From assembly GCA_017463445.1 (NCBI GenBank), contig JAFTPF010000137.1, positions 1 to 50,890 of the forward strand: DNA of 50,890 bases, given 5' to 3'. Positions within the stretch are counted from its first letter, which is position 1. Each line of letters opens with the position of its first letter. The DNA is from Clostridia bacterium. GTDB lineage: Bacteria; Bacillota; Clostridia; Oscillospirales; CAG-272. Shown here one piece after another: positions 25,700-35,342 of the stretch. Below the pieces are notes generated by a model, which saw only the letters and a list, made by a program, of their open reading frames with translations, had not been told where the DNA came from and ran no database searches. The position numbers and the translations under genes were made by a program.

Positions 25700-25793
25700 A
25701 AAAAGCCCGCAAGAAATTGCGGGCTTTTTTGAAAGTTCTTTGATCCAAACTTTCTTTCAAGAAAGTTTGGCGGGGTGTGGGGCGGTGCCCCAC
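25700..25793 (-). repeat. REP-like multi-hairpin repeat, copy 6
   Basis: Minus strand: GTGGGGC-ACC-GCCCCAC, AAACTTTCT-TGAA-AGAAAGTTT, CAAAGAACTTT, GCCCGCAATTTCTTGCGGGC. Confidence 0.7.
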
Positions 25794-25839
25794 CTATCAC
25801 GACAGCATTGCTCTATCAATAACGATCGGCAACGCTGCC

Positions 25840-26633
25840 TTACGACAGCATTGCTCGATCGTTAGCAAATTCGCAGCCGCTGGCTACCGAGAATTTCGCC
25901 AGCAGGTCATCAACGGTCAGTTTCTTCTTTTCCTCGCCGGAGATGTCCAGGATCACGCGTCCCTCGTGCATCATGATCAGACGGTTACCGTGGGCAATAG
26001 CGTCCTTCATATTGTGGGTAATCATTACGGTAGTCAGCTTGTTCTCGTTGACGATCCGATCGGTGAGAGAAAGCACTTTCGCGGCGGTCTTGGGGTCAAG
26101 GGCGGCGGTGTGCTCGTCCAAAGGAGCAGCTTGGGTCGCTGCAGGGTCGCCATCAGGAGGGTCAACGCCTGCCGCTGACCGCCCGAGAGAAGTCCCACCT
26201 TGGTGGTCATACGGTTCTCAAGCCCCAGCTCCAGCATCGCCAGCTTTTCTCTGTATTCCGCACGCTCGGCTTTGCGGATGCCCCAGCCCAGTCCGCGGGA
26301 TTTGCCGCGACGGGCGGCAAGGGCCAGATTTTCCTCAATGTTCATCCCTGCTGCAGTTCCCATCATGGGATCCTGGAATACGCGTCCCAAGAACTTCGCC
26401 CGACGGTGTTCGGGCATAGCGGTAACGTCCACGCCGTCGATGGTGATGCTACCTGCATCCACCCGCCACACACCTGCAATGGCGTTGAGCATAGTGGATT
26501 TACCCGCGCCGTTACCGCCGATGACGGTAACGAAATCGCCGTCATTCAGGGTAAGAGAGAGATTCTTCAGCGCGATCTTCTCGTTGACGGTGTTGGGATT
26601 GAAAACTTTATAAATGTTAGAGAGTTCAAGCAT
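25840..26633 (-). CDS. ABC transporter ATP-binding protein; -1 frameshift near 26121
   Basis: Walker A GGNGAGKS and signature LSGGQRQ; Walker B LLLLDEHTAALDP is restored by one added T. Confidence 0.85.
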
Positions 26634-27567
26634 TGGTACTGTCCTCCTCTTGCGCCATGATGGATTTGATGGAGGGACGGACGAAACGCCGCTTCAGATA
26701 GGGAATGCCCAGGAAGATGGCTACGACTGCCGCAGACAGCAGCTTCAGAAGGTCGGCATCCAGACCCAGCCAGATGACCGTCTGATAAACGATATAATAG
26801 ATGATGCCGCCCACCACTACCGCACACAGACGGAGCGCGAAGTTCCTCAGCAACTTGGAGAGGAGCACCTCGCCGATGATCACGGCGGCAAGTCCGATGA
26901 CGATGGCACCTCTGCCCTTCTGTACGTCTGCCTGACCATCGTACTGAGCAAGCAGTGCGCCCGACAGAGCAACGATGCCGTTGGAGAGCATCAGTCCGAA
27001 GACCTTCATGGTGTTGGTGTTGATGCCCTGGGCGCGGCTCATATTCGGATTGTTACCGGTGGCGCGGAGAGCGGAGCCCATGGCGGTACCGAACAGCCAA
27101 TACAGCACGCAGATCACCACGATAACGAAGATCGCGGTCACGAAGATAGGATTCTGATAGAAGGGTACGCCCTTCAGCTCGCCCATTGATACCAGCACGT
27201 CGTATTTGCGGGTGTTGATGGTCTGGTTGCCCGAGCCGAGGATCTTCAGGTTGACCGAGTAGAGAGAAAGCTGGGTGAGAATGCCCGCCAGAATAGGGGG
27301 GATCCCCAGCAGAGTGTGGAGAAGACCGGTGATCATACCTGCCAGCATTCCGGCGATCACCGCACCGATGATCGCAACGGGCATACTGTAGCCGTTAATG
27401 AGCAGCATAACGCAGACGGCACCGCCGGTTGCCATGGTACCGTCTACCGTCAGATCGGCGATATCCAGCACGCGGTAAGTGATGTACACGCCGATCGCCA
27501 TAATGCCCCAGATCAGACCCTGGGCAACGGCTCCCGGCATTTGGTTTAAGAGAGTGGAGATATCCAT
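26626..27567 (-). CDS. ABC transporter permease (aromatic amino acid-type family)
   Basis: DIADLTVDG, GSALRATGNN, GAIVIGLAAVIIGE; multiple TM helices. Confidence 0.88.
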   Translation of the reverse strand: MDISTLLNQMPGAVAQGLIWGIMAIGVYITYRVLDIADLTVDGTMATGGAVCVMLLINGYSMPVAIIGAVIAGMLAGMITGLLHTLLGIPPILAGILTQLSLYSVNLKILGSGNQTINTRKYDVLVSMGELKGVPFYQNPIFVTAIFVIVVICVLYWLFGTAMGSALRATGNNPNMSRAQGINTNTMKVFGLMLSNGIVALSGALLAQYDGQADVQKGRGAIVIGLAAVIIGEVLLSKLLRNFALRLCAVVVGGIIYYIVYQTVIWLGLDADLLKLLSAAVVAIFLGIPYLKRRFVRPSIKSIMAQEEDSTNA

Positions 27568-27649
27568 ATACGGTTCCTTTCGGATGGAATATATGCTTTT
27601 TGACACAAAATCGGGGTTTGAAAGAGATTCTTCAAACCCCGTTTGTCAA

Positions 27650-28627
27650 TTATTCAGCGGAAGTCTCGATGGCGGTGTAGCCTTCGGGAATGGTGATGCC
27701 CAGCTCGTCGCAGATCGCCTTGTTGTACTTCTTGGTAAACTCGGGAGCGTATTCGATGGGCATTTCGGAGATCTTTGCCTCGCCCTTCAGGATCTTGGCA
27801 GCCATCAGACCGGTAGCATAGCCCAGATCGTAGTAGCTGATAGACAGGGTAGCGATACCGCCGCCGGAGCACATACCTTCCTCACCGGTGATCACGGGAA
27901 CCTTAGCGGGACGGGCAACCTGATCCAGGATGCTCATGTAGGTAGCAACGGTGTTATCGGTGGGAACGTAGATCGCGTCGCATTCGGAAACGGCGTTGGT
28001 GCATACGCCGGACATATCGTTGGAGTCGGTGAAGGTGTAGACCTTGCAGGTCTTACCTGCCGCTTCCAGATAACCCTTGACCTTGTCAACCTGATACTTG
28101 GAGTTTGCCTCTGCGGAACAGTAGATCAGACCGATGGTGTTCTTATCGGGGATGAGCTCGGTAAACAGAGCAGCCTGCTGATCCAGAGGAGCAAGGTCGG
28201 AGGTACCGGAAACGTTGCCGCCAACGGTGCCGTTAAAGTTGTCGATGTCCAGTGCTACGCCGTACTCGGTGACAGAGGTACCCAGGATCGGGATGGTCTG
28301 GGTAGCGTTATAGGCAGTCTGCAGAACGGGGGTAGCGTTGGCAAGGATCAGATCCACTTCGTCGGAAACAAAGCTGTTGATGATGGTGGTGCAGGCAGAC
28401 TGATCGCCGCCGGCGTCCTGTACCTTGAAGGTGACTTTGTCGCCCAGTTCAGCCTTCAGTGCATCCTGGAAGCCCTGGGTAGCGGCGTCCAGCGCAACGT
28501 GGGGCTGGATCTGGCAGATGCCGACGGTATAGGTGTCTTTGGTGGAAGTGGTGTCTTCGGAGCAAGCTGCCATACCGAGCATCATCGTACCGGCAAGTAA
28601 AAGAGAAAACAGTTTTTTCATAATCAT
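27650..28627 (-). CDS. ABC transporter substrate-binding lipoprotein (Trp/Tyr-binding-like family)
   Basis: Lipobox MAAC; HVALDAATQGF, NVSGTSD, EANS, YVPTDNT. Confidence 0.88.
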   Translation of the reverse strand: MIMKKLFSLLLAGTMMLGMAACSEDTTSTKDTYTVGICQIQPHVALDAATQGFQDALKAELGDKVTFKVQDAGGDQSACTTIINSFVSDEVDLILANATPVLQTAYNATQTIPILGTSVTEYGVALDIDNFNGTVGGNVSGTSDLAPLDQQAALFTELIPDKNTIGLIYCSAEANSKYQVDKVKGYLEAAGKTCKVYTFTDSNDMSGVCTNAVSECDAIYVPTDNTVATYMSILDQVARPAKVPVITGEEGMCSGGGIATLSISYYDLGYATGLMAAKILKGEAKISEMPIEYAPEFTKKYNKAICDELGITIPEGYTAIETSAE

Positions 28628-28836
28628 TCTCCTATTTTTTGGGGGGTTACTTTACCCTGTAATATTTAAAAATACATATTTATTATACTCGTTTAGCGGT
28701 AAAAAGTCAATTCCCATTCCCACAAAATTATACACTTTTTTTTGTATATTTTTCACAAATCTCCCTGTTCGATTGACGAAAAAGCGTTTCTCTGCTATAA
28801 TAAATATGCAAATACTTTTGTTTTTCGCGCGTGCGC

Positions 28837-28872
28837 GTTACCTTTTCCGAAGAATTGCGTCTTTAGGGTAAA
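28837..28872 (+). promoter_or_regulatory. Putative ECF promoter upstream of the second sigma gene
   Basis: GTTACC-N15-CGTCTT; shares the AATTGCG..GGGT.AAGG layout with 19169-19203. Confidence 0.4.
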
Positions 28873-28908
28873 GGCAAGCGATCTCGGATCGCAGAAAGGA
28901 GGGCGACC

Positions 28909-29271
28909 ATGACCGATCATCAAATCATAGACCAATTCTGGGCGCGCTCGGAAACTGCCATTGCCGAAGTCCAGAACCGTTACGGTGCCGCCGGGGAGGC
29001 GGTCGCCAACAATTTGCTGCAAAACTCCGCCGACGCGGAGGAATGCGTCAACGACGCCCTGCTCCGTCTTTGGAACTCCATCCCACCCCAGCGTCCCGTC
29101 TCCCTGTGGGCGTATTTCGTGAAGGTGATCCGCAATCTGGCGCTGGATCGTCTACGAAAAAAGTCTGCCGCCAAGGCGGTAGGACTGTCCACCCACGCCG
29201 CCAAGATGCGGCTGTCCAGAATGCGCTCTCGCCTGCGAGAGAAGCTGAAAGAGGAAGGGATCAACGTATGA
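28909..29271 (+). pseudogene. ECF sigma factor with an in-frame internal deletion
   Basis: Region 2 is intact (DAEECVNDALL, IRNLALD) but joins directly to the end of region 4 (AVGLS..KMRLSRMR); only 120 aa. Confidence 0.7.
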
Positions 29272-30667
29272 CGAGGACAAATTCTAATACCGAACGGTTA
29301 TACAAGCTGATGGGCGCCCTCTCGCCCGAGCTACTGTCCGACTCTTTCCCAGAGGGAGCGGGCATCCACAATGCGCCCTCCTTTCGCTCCCGTCACTCAA
29401 GGCGGATCGGGAAAGCAGTGCTGGCATACGCGGCGTGCGCGGTGGTGCTGGTGGGCGCGTTGCTGTTCGTGCCGAAGCTGATGGATCAGTCGAGCGACCC
29501 GCCTGCAGCGACCAACGTCGACAGCTATTTTACCGAGGACGGCGGTTGGGATTTAACCAAGCTGTCCCCTTCCGCCAATACGCGCGACATTTATTCCTGC
29601 GTAGAAGGCAGGCTGGAGGATCCGATCATTTGTCTGTCCCAGCAGCGTTCGCTCTCTCTCACGCTGACCGCTCAGCATCAGGGCACCGAAAGCGCGCCCT
29701 ATTCTCACACTGTAGGTGACGTGGGTCTGGAGGTGCTTTTGGACGGCAATGGTACGCGCTCCCGACCACCGCGGGCGGTCTGCAAACGGTCGCGAGCGGA
29801 TCGACCGAGCTGACCCTGCGCGGTGACAGTACCCAGATCGAGATCACGCTTCCTGTAGAAGATTACAACAACCTGCCCGCCGGTCACTATCGGGTTGCCG
29901 TAGACTTCGAAGTGGACCATCTGTACACCTATCATACCCCCGACGCCTCCCGCGGCATGGTATACACTGCCTTTACCATCGTGGATGAGCCCGATGCGCC
30001 CTTCCTGACAGACGAAGGGTGGCAAATCGACGGGTTACCGCTCGCTCCTTCCCGCAAGGTGCCGGATTGTATCACCGCAATCACCAACACACCCAGCCTC
30101 TGCCTTTCCGAGAGCCGCCGCTTCCACGTAGACTTCGAATACGCGTGGGTGGGCAATCATCGGAGCTGGGGAGAGCACTCGCACTACTATCTCAAAGGGG
30201 ACGCTTTGCTGCTGGAAGTGTATTTGAACGGGCAATGGTATACCATTCCCTCTACTATGAGCAGTCAAACGACTTCTACGTCTTTGATGGGCGAGATGGA
30301 ATTCATCCTGCCGGAGGAGTATGCGCAAACCTTCCCCACGGGAATACGGATCATGGACGGGCTGGACACAACGCACGATTGGTATCCCGCCGCAACCGCC
30401 GACCAACGATTTGCCGTTTCCGCTACCATCGTCGTCAGAGGGCAGACCGTTTCAGCGGCAGACTACCTCCGATCGCTGGGGTGGGAGATCCTTCCCGACG
30501 AGCTCCACAGAGTGCAGACGCATTATTTCCCCGACACTACCGAAACGGCGTTGGCGGCAGTGACCAGAGAGCAGATCTATTCGGTGACTCTGGAGGACAT
30601 CGCCACGTTTTACGGTTGCGAGGCTAGAGACGTGGGGGCTACCTTCATCGGTGCCGTTCACGGTTAA
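29268..30667 (+). CDS. Probable anti-sigma membrane protein with a duplicated Ig-like extracellular domain; -1 frameshift near 29745
   Basis: ATGA overlap with the sigma stop; TM helix; one added G restores LEVLLDGQWYALP, matching the second repeat LEVYLNGQWYTIP. Confidence 0.7.
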
Positions 30668-30781
30668 CTCAACCAAACTCCCGCATTCCACCGAATGCGG
30701 GAGTTTTGCTTGACATTTTCGAAAAATCCTGCTATACTGAAAAAAACGCCCCTTGCGAGGGCGACGAAGGAGTGATACGCT

Positions 30782-31648
30782 ATGTGGAAGCAAAAACTGG
30801 GACTTGGTATCTTAGGTCTGCCCGGGATGAGCGTTGCCGATGAGATCCGTGCCATGCGGAAGGTGGGCTTCGAGGCCTTCTTCACCGGATGGAGCAAGGG
30901 AGATCCCGTGGAGGAATGGGCCAAGGTCGCCGCCGAGTGCGGGATGATCTATCAATCCATCCACGCGCCCTTCGGAAGGGCCGCCGACATCTGGGGCGCG
31001 GATGATGAAAAGGGCAACGCCGCCGTCGCCGAGCTGTGCGACTGTCTGGACGCCTGCCGGCGTGCGGGAGTGCCGATCATGGTGGCACACGCCTTTATCG
31101 GCTTCAAGGATCATTCTCCCACCGAAATCGGGCTTACCCGTTTTGAGAGAGTCGTCCGCCACGCAGAGAAGCGCGGAGTCAAGATCGCCCTGGAGAACAC
31201 CGAGGGCATCGAGTATCTGGATGCTCTGCTGGCGCACTTCAAGGACAACAAAACGGTGGGATTTTGCTGGGACACGGGGCACGAGATGTGCTACAACTAC
31301 TCCGAGGACCTCCTTGCCCGCTGGGGTGATCGGCTCCTTGCCACCCACGTCAACGACAATCTGGGTATCCGTGACGTATCGGGCGAGATCACCTGGATCG
31401 ACGATCTGCATCTTCTCCCCTTCGACGGCATCGGCGACTTTAGCGAAAAGATGGCACGGCTCGCCCGTGCGCGCACGCCCGATGTGCTAACCTTCGAGCT
31501 GTCCCTGCGCTCCAAGCCCGACCGCCGCGAGAACGCGCCCTACGCCCGTATGGAGCCGATAGACTATCTCACCGCCTGCTATATCCGTGCCTGCAGAGTG
31601 GGTGCGCTGCTCATCCGCGCGCGGGGAAATGGACATTTTGATTTTTGA
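30782..31648 (+). CDS. Sugar phosphate isomerase/epimerase (xylose isomerase-like TIM barrel)
   Basis: SIHAPF, IALEN, CWDTGHE, HVNDN, DLHLLPFDG. Confidence 0.85.
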   Translation: MWKQKLGLGILGLPGMSVADEIRAMRKVGFEAFFTGWSKGDPVEEWAKVAAECGMIYQSIHAPFGRAADIWGADDEKGNAAVAELCDCLDACRRAGVPIMVAHAFIGFKDHSPTEIGLTRFERVVRHAEKRGVKIALENTEGIEYLDALLAHFKDNKTVGFCWDTGHEMCYNYSEDLLARWGDRLLATHVNDNLGIRDVSGEITWIDDLHLLPFDGIGDFSEKMARLARARTPDVLTFELSLRSKPDRRENAPYARMEPIDYLTACYIRACRVGALLIRARGNGHFDF

Positions 31649-31766
31649 TATTTTTTCGTCCTTCGATGTCCGATTTTGATAGAATTGTTCATACATATAT
31701 GGTATAATCAAACTAACATAGTGTACATATGCACCACTGTATTTTTTAGAAATGAGGTAACAGAAC

Positions 31767-32588
31767 ATGAAAAAGAAACTGACCGCACTGGTTCTGCTGG
31801 CGTCTCTGCTCTTCGCTACTACCGCTTGCGCGAGCGATGCAGCCGATGAGACTTCCGCCGCAGACACCACCCCCGCACAGCAGACCACTACTGCAAAGCA
31901 GACCACCACTCTGACTCCCCCCGTGGTCGTTCCTCCCGAGACCAATGGCGAAGAGGACGACTGGACAGACATCTCCGAGATGTTCATCCCCTACGGCTCC
32001 GCTACTGTTGACGGCACCAAGGACGAGTCCTGGGCAAACGCCGCTACCGTTTCTCTTGACCTGGTCAAGAAAGACAAGCCCAACGAGGACACCGTCGTTG
32101 AGGCAAGCGCAATGTGGGACGAGAACGGCCTCTACTTCCTGTTTGAGATCACCGACTCCGACATCTACACCGGCGGCTCTGTGGGCGACTACAACAACGA
32201 TGGCATCTACGTATACGTTTCCGAGGATCCTCTGGCTTACTGGACTTCTTTCGAAGCCTTCGCAGGCGGCACCTATCAGTTCGCACTGATCGATAACGGT
32301 CTGGAAATGCTGCCCCGTCACGGTGACACCACGGTCAACCTGAACGCAAAGACCGCTTACACCCGCACCGAGACCGGCATGATCATCGAATTCTCCTACG
32401 TTCCCTACCACACTCCCGTTGCAGCAGGCAACTTCCTGCTGATGGACTTCCAGTACAACGACTGCACCTCCAGCGGCACCCGCTCCGGCGGTATGGGCTG
32501 GTACAACGGCTCCGACACTAACGCTGACACCTCTCTGTGGGCAGTTGTAAAGCTGCTGGCACAGGGCGAGACCGCTCCTGAGCTGTAA
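31767..32588 (+). CDS. Lipoprotein with a CBM9/DOMON-like sugar-binding domain
   Basis: Signal peptide ending TAC; Thr/Pro linker; VDGTKDESW, AMWDENGLYFLFEITD, DFQYND. Confidence 0.75.
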   Translation: MKKKLTALVLLASLLFATTACASDAADETSAADTTPAQQTTTAKQTTTLTPPVVVPPETNGEEDDWTDISEMFIPYGSATVDGTKDESWANAATVSLDLVKKDKPNEDTVVEASAMWDENGLYFLFEITDSDIYTGGSVGDYNNDGIYVYVSEDPLAYWTSFEAFAGGTYQFALIDNGLEMLPRHGDTTVNLNAKTAYTRTETGMIIEFSYVPYHTPVAAGNFLLMDFQYNDCTSSGTRSGGMGWYNGSDTNADTSLWAVVKLLAQGETAPEL

Positions 32589-32599
32589 TTTCATCCATA

Positions 32600-32630
32600 A
32601 AAAAATCACTGCTTTCGCAGTGATTTTTTT
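32600..32630. terminator. Bidirectional terminator
   Basis: AAAAAAATCACTGC-TTTC-GCAGTGATTTTTTT. Confidence 0.8.
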
Positions 32631-32638
32631 ATTGCGGT

Positions 32639-32951
32639 TTATCGGTTGGGCACTGCGCTGACGATCACGTTCCGATTGCGCCAAGTGTCTTCTTTACTGC
32701 CCGACACACTGTAACGGAGATACAGATCCTTACTGAGCCGCGAGATGTCAAGGGCGATCTCCAAAGTAGTGAATCCCCACGAGCTGTCCAGCATACCGGA
32801 ACCGTGTTCAAAGGGGTGTACATACAGCAAGGATGCTTCTTCCTCAGGGGGATTGCCAAAACGTACTTGTCGTAAAATTCCATCAGCGCAAAACAGGAGG
32901 TCATGGTTCCCACCAGCAGGGTGCTCAACAATACTGCTAATGCTTTTTCAT
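32639..32951 (-). pseudogene. Small lipoprotein gene with two -1 frameshifts (reconstructs to MKKALAVLLSTLLVGTMTSC...AVPNR)
   Basis: AAGGAG RBS before ATG 32951; adding one base in each of the runs at 32944-32948 and 32858-32861 gives a continuous ORF of about 104 aa. Confidence 0.55.
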
Positions 32952-33115
32952 TTAACTCCTTTGTTTTCACGCACGCCGCCCTGCGACTGTGCGGCATTTA
33001 TCGCAGATCGATCTGAGCTTCTATTCTACATAGTCGTATTATTTTTGAAATCGTCCCATCTTTTCGGAAAATTCTTTAATTTTTTTGCGTCGCTTGCCCG
33101 GCGCGGACGCAACAC

Positions 33116-33146
33116 AAAAAACGACAGGCCAAAACCTGTCGTTTTT
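33116..33146 (-). terminator. Terminator after tRNA-Thr
   Basis: AAAAACGACAGG-CCAAAA-CCTGTCGTTTTT. Confidence 0.7.
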
Positions 33147-33221
33147 GGAGCTAATGGCGGGACTCGAACCCGCGACCTGCTGATTACGAATCAGCTGCTC
33201 TACCAACTGAGCCACATTAGC
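33146..33221 (-). tRNA. tRNA-Thr (anticodon CGT)
   Basis: 76-nt cloverleaf GCTAATG...CTGATT-CGT-AATCAG...GGTTCGAGTCC...CATTAGCTCCA with encoded CCA. Confidence 0.97.
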
Positions 33222-33350
33222 ATATGAGGAGTGATGAACGAAACTATTATAGCACATCAAATTCCGTTTGTCAAGTTTTTTTCGCAGAGTGATTGCTTTT
33301 TTTTCGAGAATATGTTACAATTGTATCATCCTACATTTCTGCGAGGTTTT

Positions 33351-34229
33351 ATGAAACTGACCGACCTTTCGGTGATCCGCTCCTTGCTGGGCGAGGAGGG
33401 CACCTCCTTCAAAAAGAAATACGGACAGAACTTTCTCACCAACGAATCGGTGGTAGAGCGCATCGCCGCCTCCGCTCTGCCTGATGTCCCCGATCCCGTC
33501 GAGCGTCTGGGTATTCTGGAGATCGGCCCCGGCATCGGCGTGCTGACCCAGAAGCTCTCAGCCGTGGCCCAAAAGGTGACCGCTGTGGAGATTGACTCAA
33601 CCCTCCTTCCCATCCTAGAGAAGACCCTTGCCGACTGCGATAACGTCCACGTAGTCAACAACGATATTATGAAGGTGGATCTGCCCGCGCTGGTGGCAGA
33701 GGAGTTTGCGGACTGCACCCGTCTGGCGGTCTGCGCCAATCTTCCTTATTATATTACCACCCCCATCCTGATGGCACTGCTGGAATCCAAGCTTCCCTTC
33801 TCTTCCATCACGGTCATGGTGCAGAAGGAGGTCGCCGAACGGCTCTGCGCACCTGCCGGATCGGACGCTTACGGTGCCATTACGGCGGTGCTCTGCTATT
33901 ACGGCACGCCCAGACGGCTCTTCACGGTCAGCGCGGGAAATTTCGTCCCTGCGCCCAAGGTGGACAGCGCGGTAGTGCAGATCAAGCTCCACAAGTCGCC
34001 GCCCGTGAAGGTTGCCGACGAGGCCAAGCTGTTCGCCGTCATCAAAGCCGCTTTCGGACAGCGGCGCAAGACCCTGCAAAACGCTCTCGCTGCCCTGCCC
34101 GGAATCGGCAAAGAGCAGATCGCCTGTGCCATCGCCGCCGCAGGGCTGTCGCCCACGGTACGGGGAGAAGCGCTTGGGCTGGAGCAGTTTGCGCAGATCA
34201 CCGATCTCTTGTACGAGGGCGCCCATTGA
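33351..34229 (+). CDS. rsmA: 16S rRNA adenine dimethyltransferase
   Basis: KKYGQNFL, LEIGPGIG, ANLPYYITTPI, FVPAPKVDSAV, AFGQRRKTL. Confidence 0.97.
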   Translation: MKLTDLSVIRSLLGEEGTSFKKKYGQNFLTNESVVERIAASALPDVPDPVERLGILEIGPGIGVLTQKLSAVAQKVTAVEIDSTLLPILEKTLADCDNVHVVNNDIMKVDLPALVAEEFADCTRLAVCANLPYYITTPILMALLESKLPFSSITVMVQKEVAERLCAPAGSDAYGAITAVLCYYGTPRRLFTVSAGNFVPAPKVDSAVVQIKLHKSPPVKVADEAKLFAVIKAAFGQRRKTLQNALAALPGIGKEQIACAIAAAGLSPTVRGEALGLEQFAQITDLLYEGAH

Positions 34230-34240
34230 TCTCATCCATG

Positions 34241-34281
34241 CAAAAACGAGAACATCCCCTAATGGGGATGTTCTCGTTTTT
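34241..34281. terminator. Bidirectional terminator
   Basis: CAAAAACGAGAACATCCCC-TAAT-GGGGATGTTCTCGTTTTTG-type stem between convergent genes. Confidence 0.75.
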
Positions 34282-34316
34282 GCGTATTGGATCTATATAT
34301 TCCCGATAACGCCGAT

Positions 34317-35153
34317 TTACTTCTTTTTCTTTTTGAGAACGACGGTCACGACTACTGCCGCCACCGCGATCACCGCAACGGCTGTGATCACAATGGGAAT
34401 CACAGGAGCGTCTGCGTCGCTATCGGTGTCGCCGGAGGCAGAGCCGTCGGTCGCAGGCGCGGTACCGGTGGGCGCGGTAGTACCGGCGGGCGGTTCATCG
34501 GAAGGAGGATCGGCGGGCTCTTCTTCCGCTCCCACATCGCCGAACAGAACGATCTCGTTGAGCTGGAAGTACTCGCCCGAGACGACAAATTCAATGAAAT
34601 ACTCGGAATATTTACCCACGTTTTCAGCAGGCACCTGGTAGGTGTAAGGGGCGCAGTTAATCGCCTGCATACCGGTAGAGACGCTCTCATTGGATACGAC
34701 ATCGTGAAGGATGTGTATATCGCCGTTGCCATCCACCCCGTAGAGTGTCCATTCAATGGGATTACGCCTGGGCTCCATCGCCGTATCAAAGCCGGTATAG
34801 AAGGTGTAATATCGAATGGCGGAAGCTTCCTCGGTAAAGAAATCCACCGTAACCATGGGAGCGGTTACTTGACCGCCCAGTTTGGTTCCCTTTTCTTCAT
34901 CGGTACGGAAGTGAGATGCCATCGCATCGTCGGATGGTACGCCGTACAGACCGTCAAAGAGCTTATCGACCTCCTCGCCGCCCCAGGGGACGATTCCCTT
35001 GGCGAAAGGATCCACGACGGGGATCACCGTCATTTCGCCGGTATCAACATCCACATTCAGTGTAGGGATCTCTGCAGACTCGGCAAATACACCCGTGCCG
35101 GACATCAGACCCATCAGCATAACGATCACTAAGATCAGCGACATTTTTTTCAT
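34317..35153 (-). CDS. Surface protein with a galactose-binding-like (F5/8-type) domain and C-terminal TM anchor
   Basis: Signal peptide; KLFDG..YTGFD..RNPIEWTLYG..FQLNEI; P/T linker; TM helix plus KKKKK. Confidence 0.7.
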   Translation of the reverse strand: MKKMSLILVIVMLMGLMSGTGVFAESAEIPTLNVDVDTGEMTVIPVVDPFAKGIVPWGGEEVDKLFDGLYGVPSDDAMASHFRTDEEKGTKLGGQVTAPMVTVDFFTEEASAIRYYTFYTGFDTAMEPRRNPIEWTLYGVDGNGDIHILHDVVSNESVSTGMQAINCAPYTYQVPAENVGKYSEYFIEFVVSGEYFQLNEIVLFGDVGAEEEPADPPSDEPPAGTTAPTGTAPATDGSASGDTDSDADAPVIPIVITAVAVIAVAAVVVTVVLKKKKK

Positions 35154-35342
35154 TGTTTCCTCCCAAGGTGTATAGCGCGCACCGTATGATTTGGTTTGCT
35201 GATCTATTTTACCATATTCTGTGCTGTTTGTCAATACAAAAAGAACCTGTCGCAAATGCGGTTTGATTCGCATTTGCGACAGGTCCTTTTGTCTATCACC
35301 GATTCTGCTTTTTCGTGTCACACAAACGGTGTCATCAATCTA

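Noticed and set aside
28628-28800. T-box or riboswitch upstream of the amino-acid ABC operon (also checked upstream of asnA)
   Set aside because: No T-box consensus or terminator/antiterminator pair is visible and the leaders are short.
33100-33230. tRNA-Thr as an island or prophage attachment site
   Set aside because: No integrase and no duplicate of the tRNA 3' end was seen in the window.
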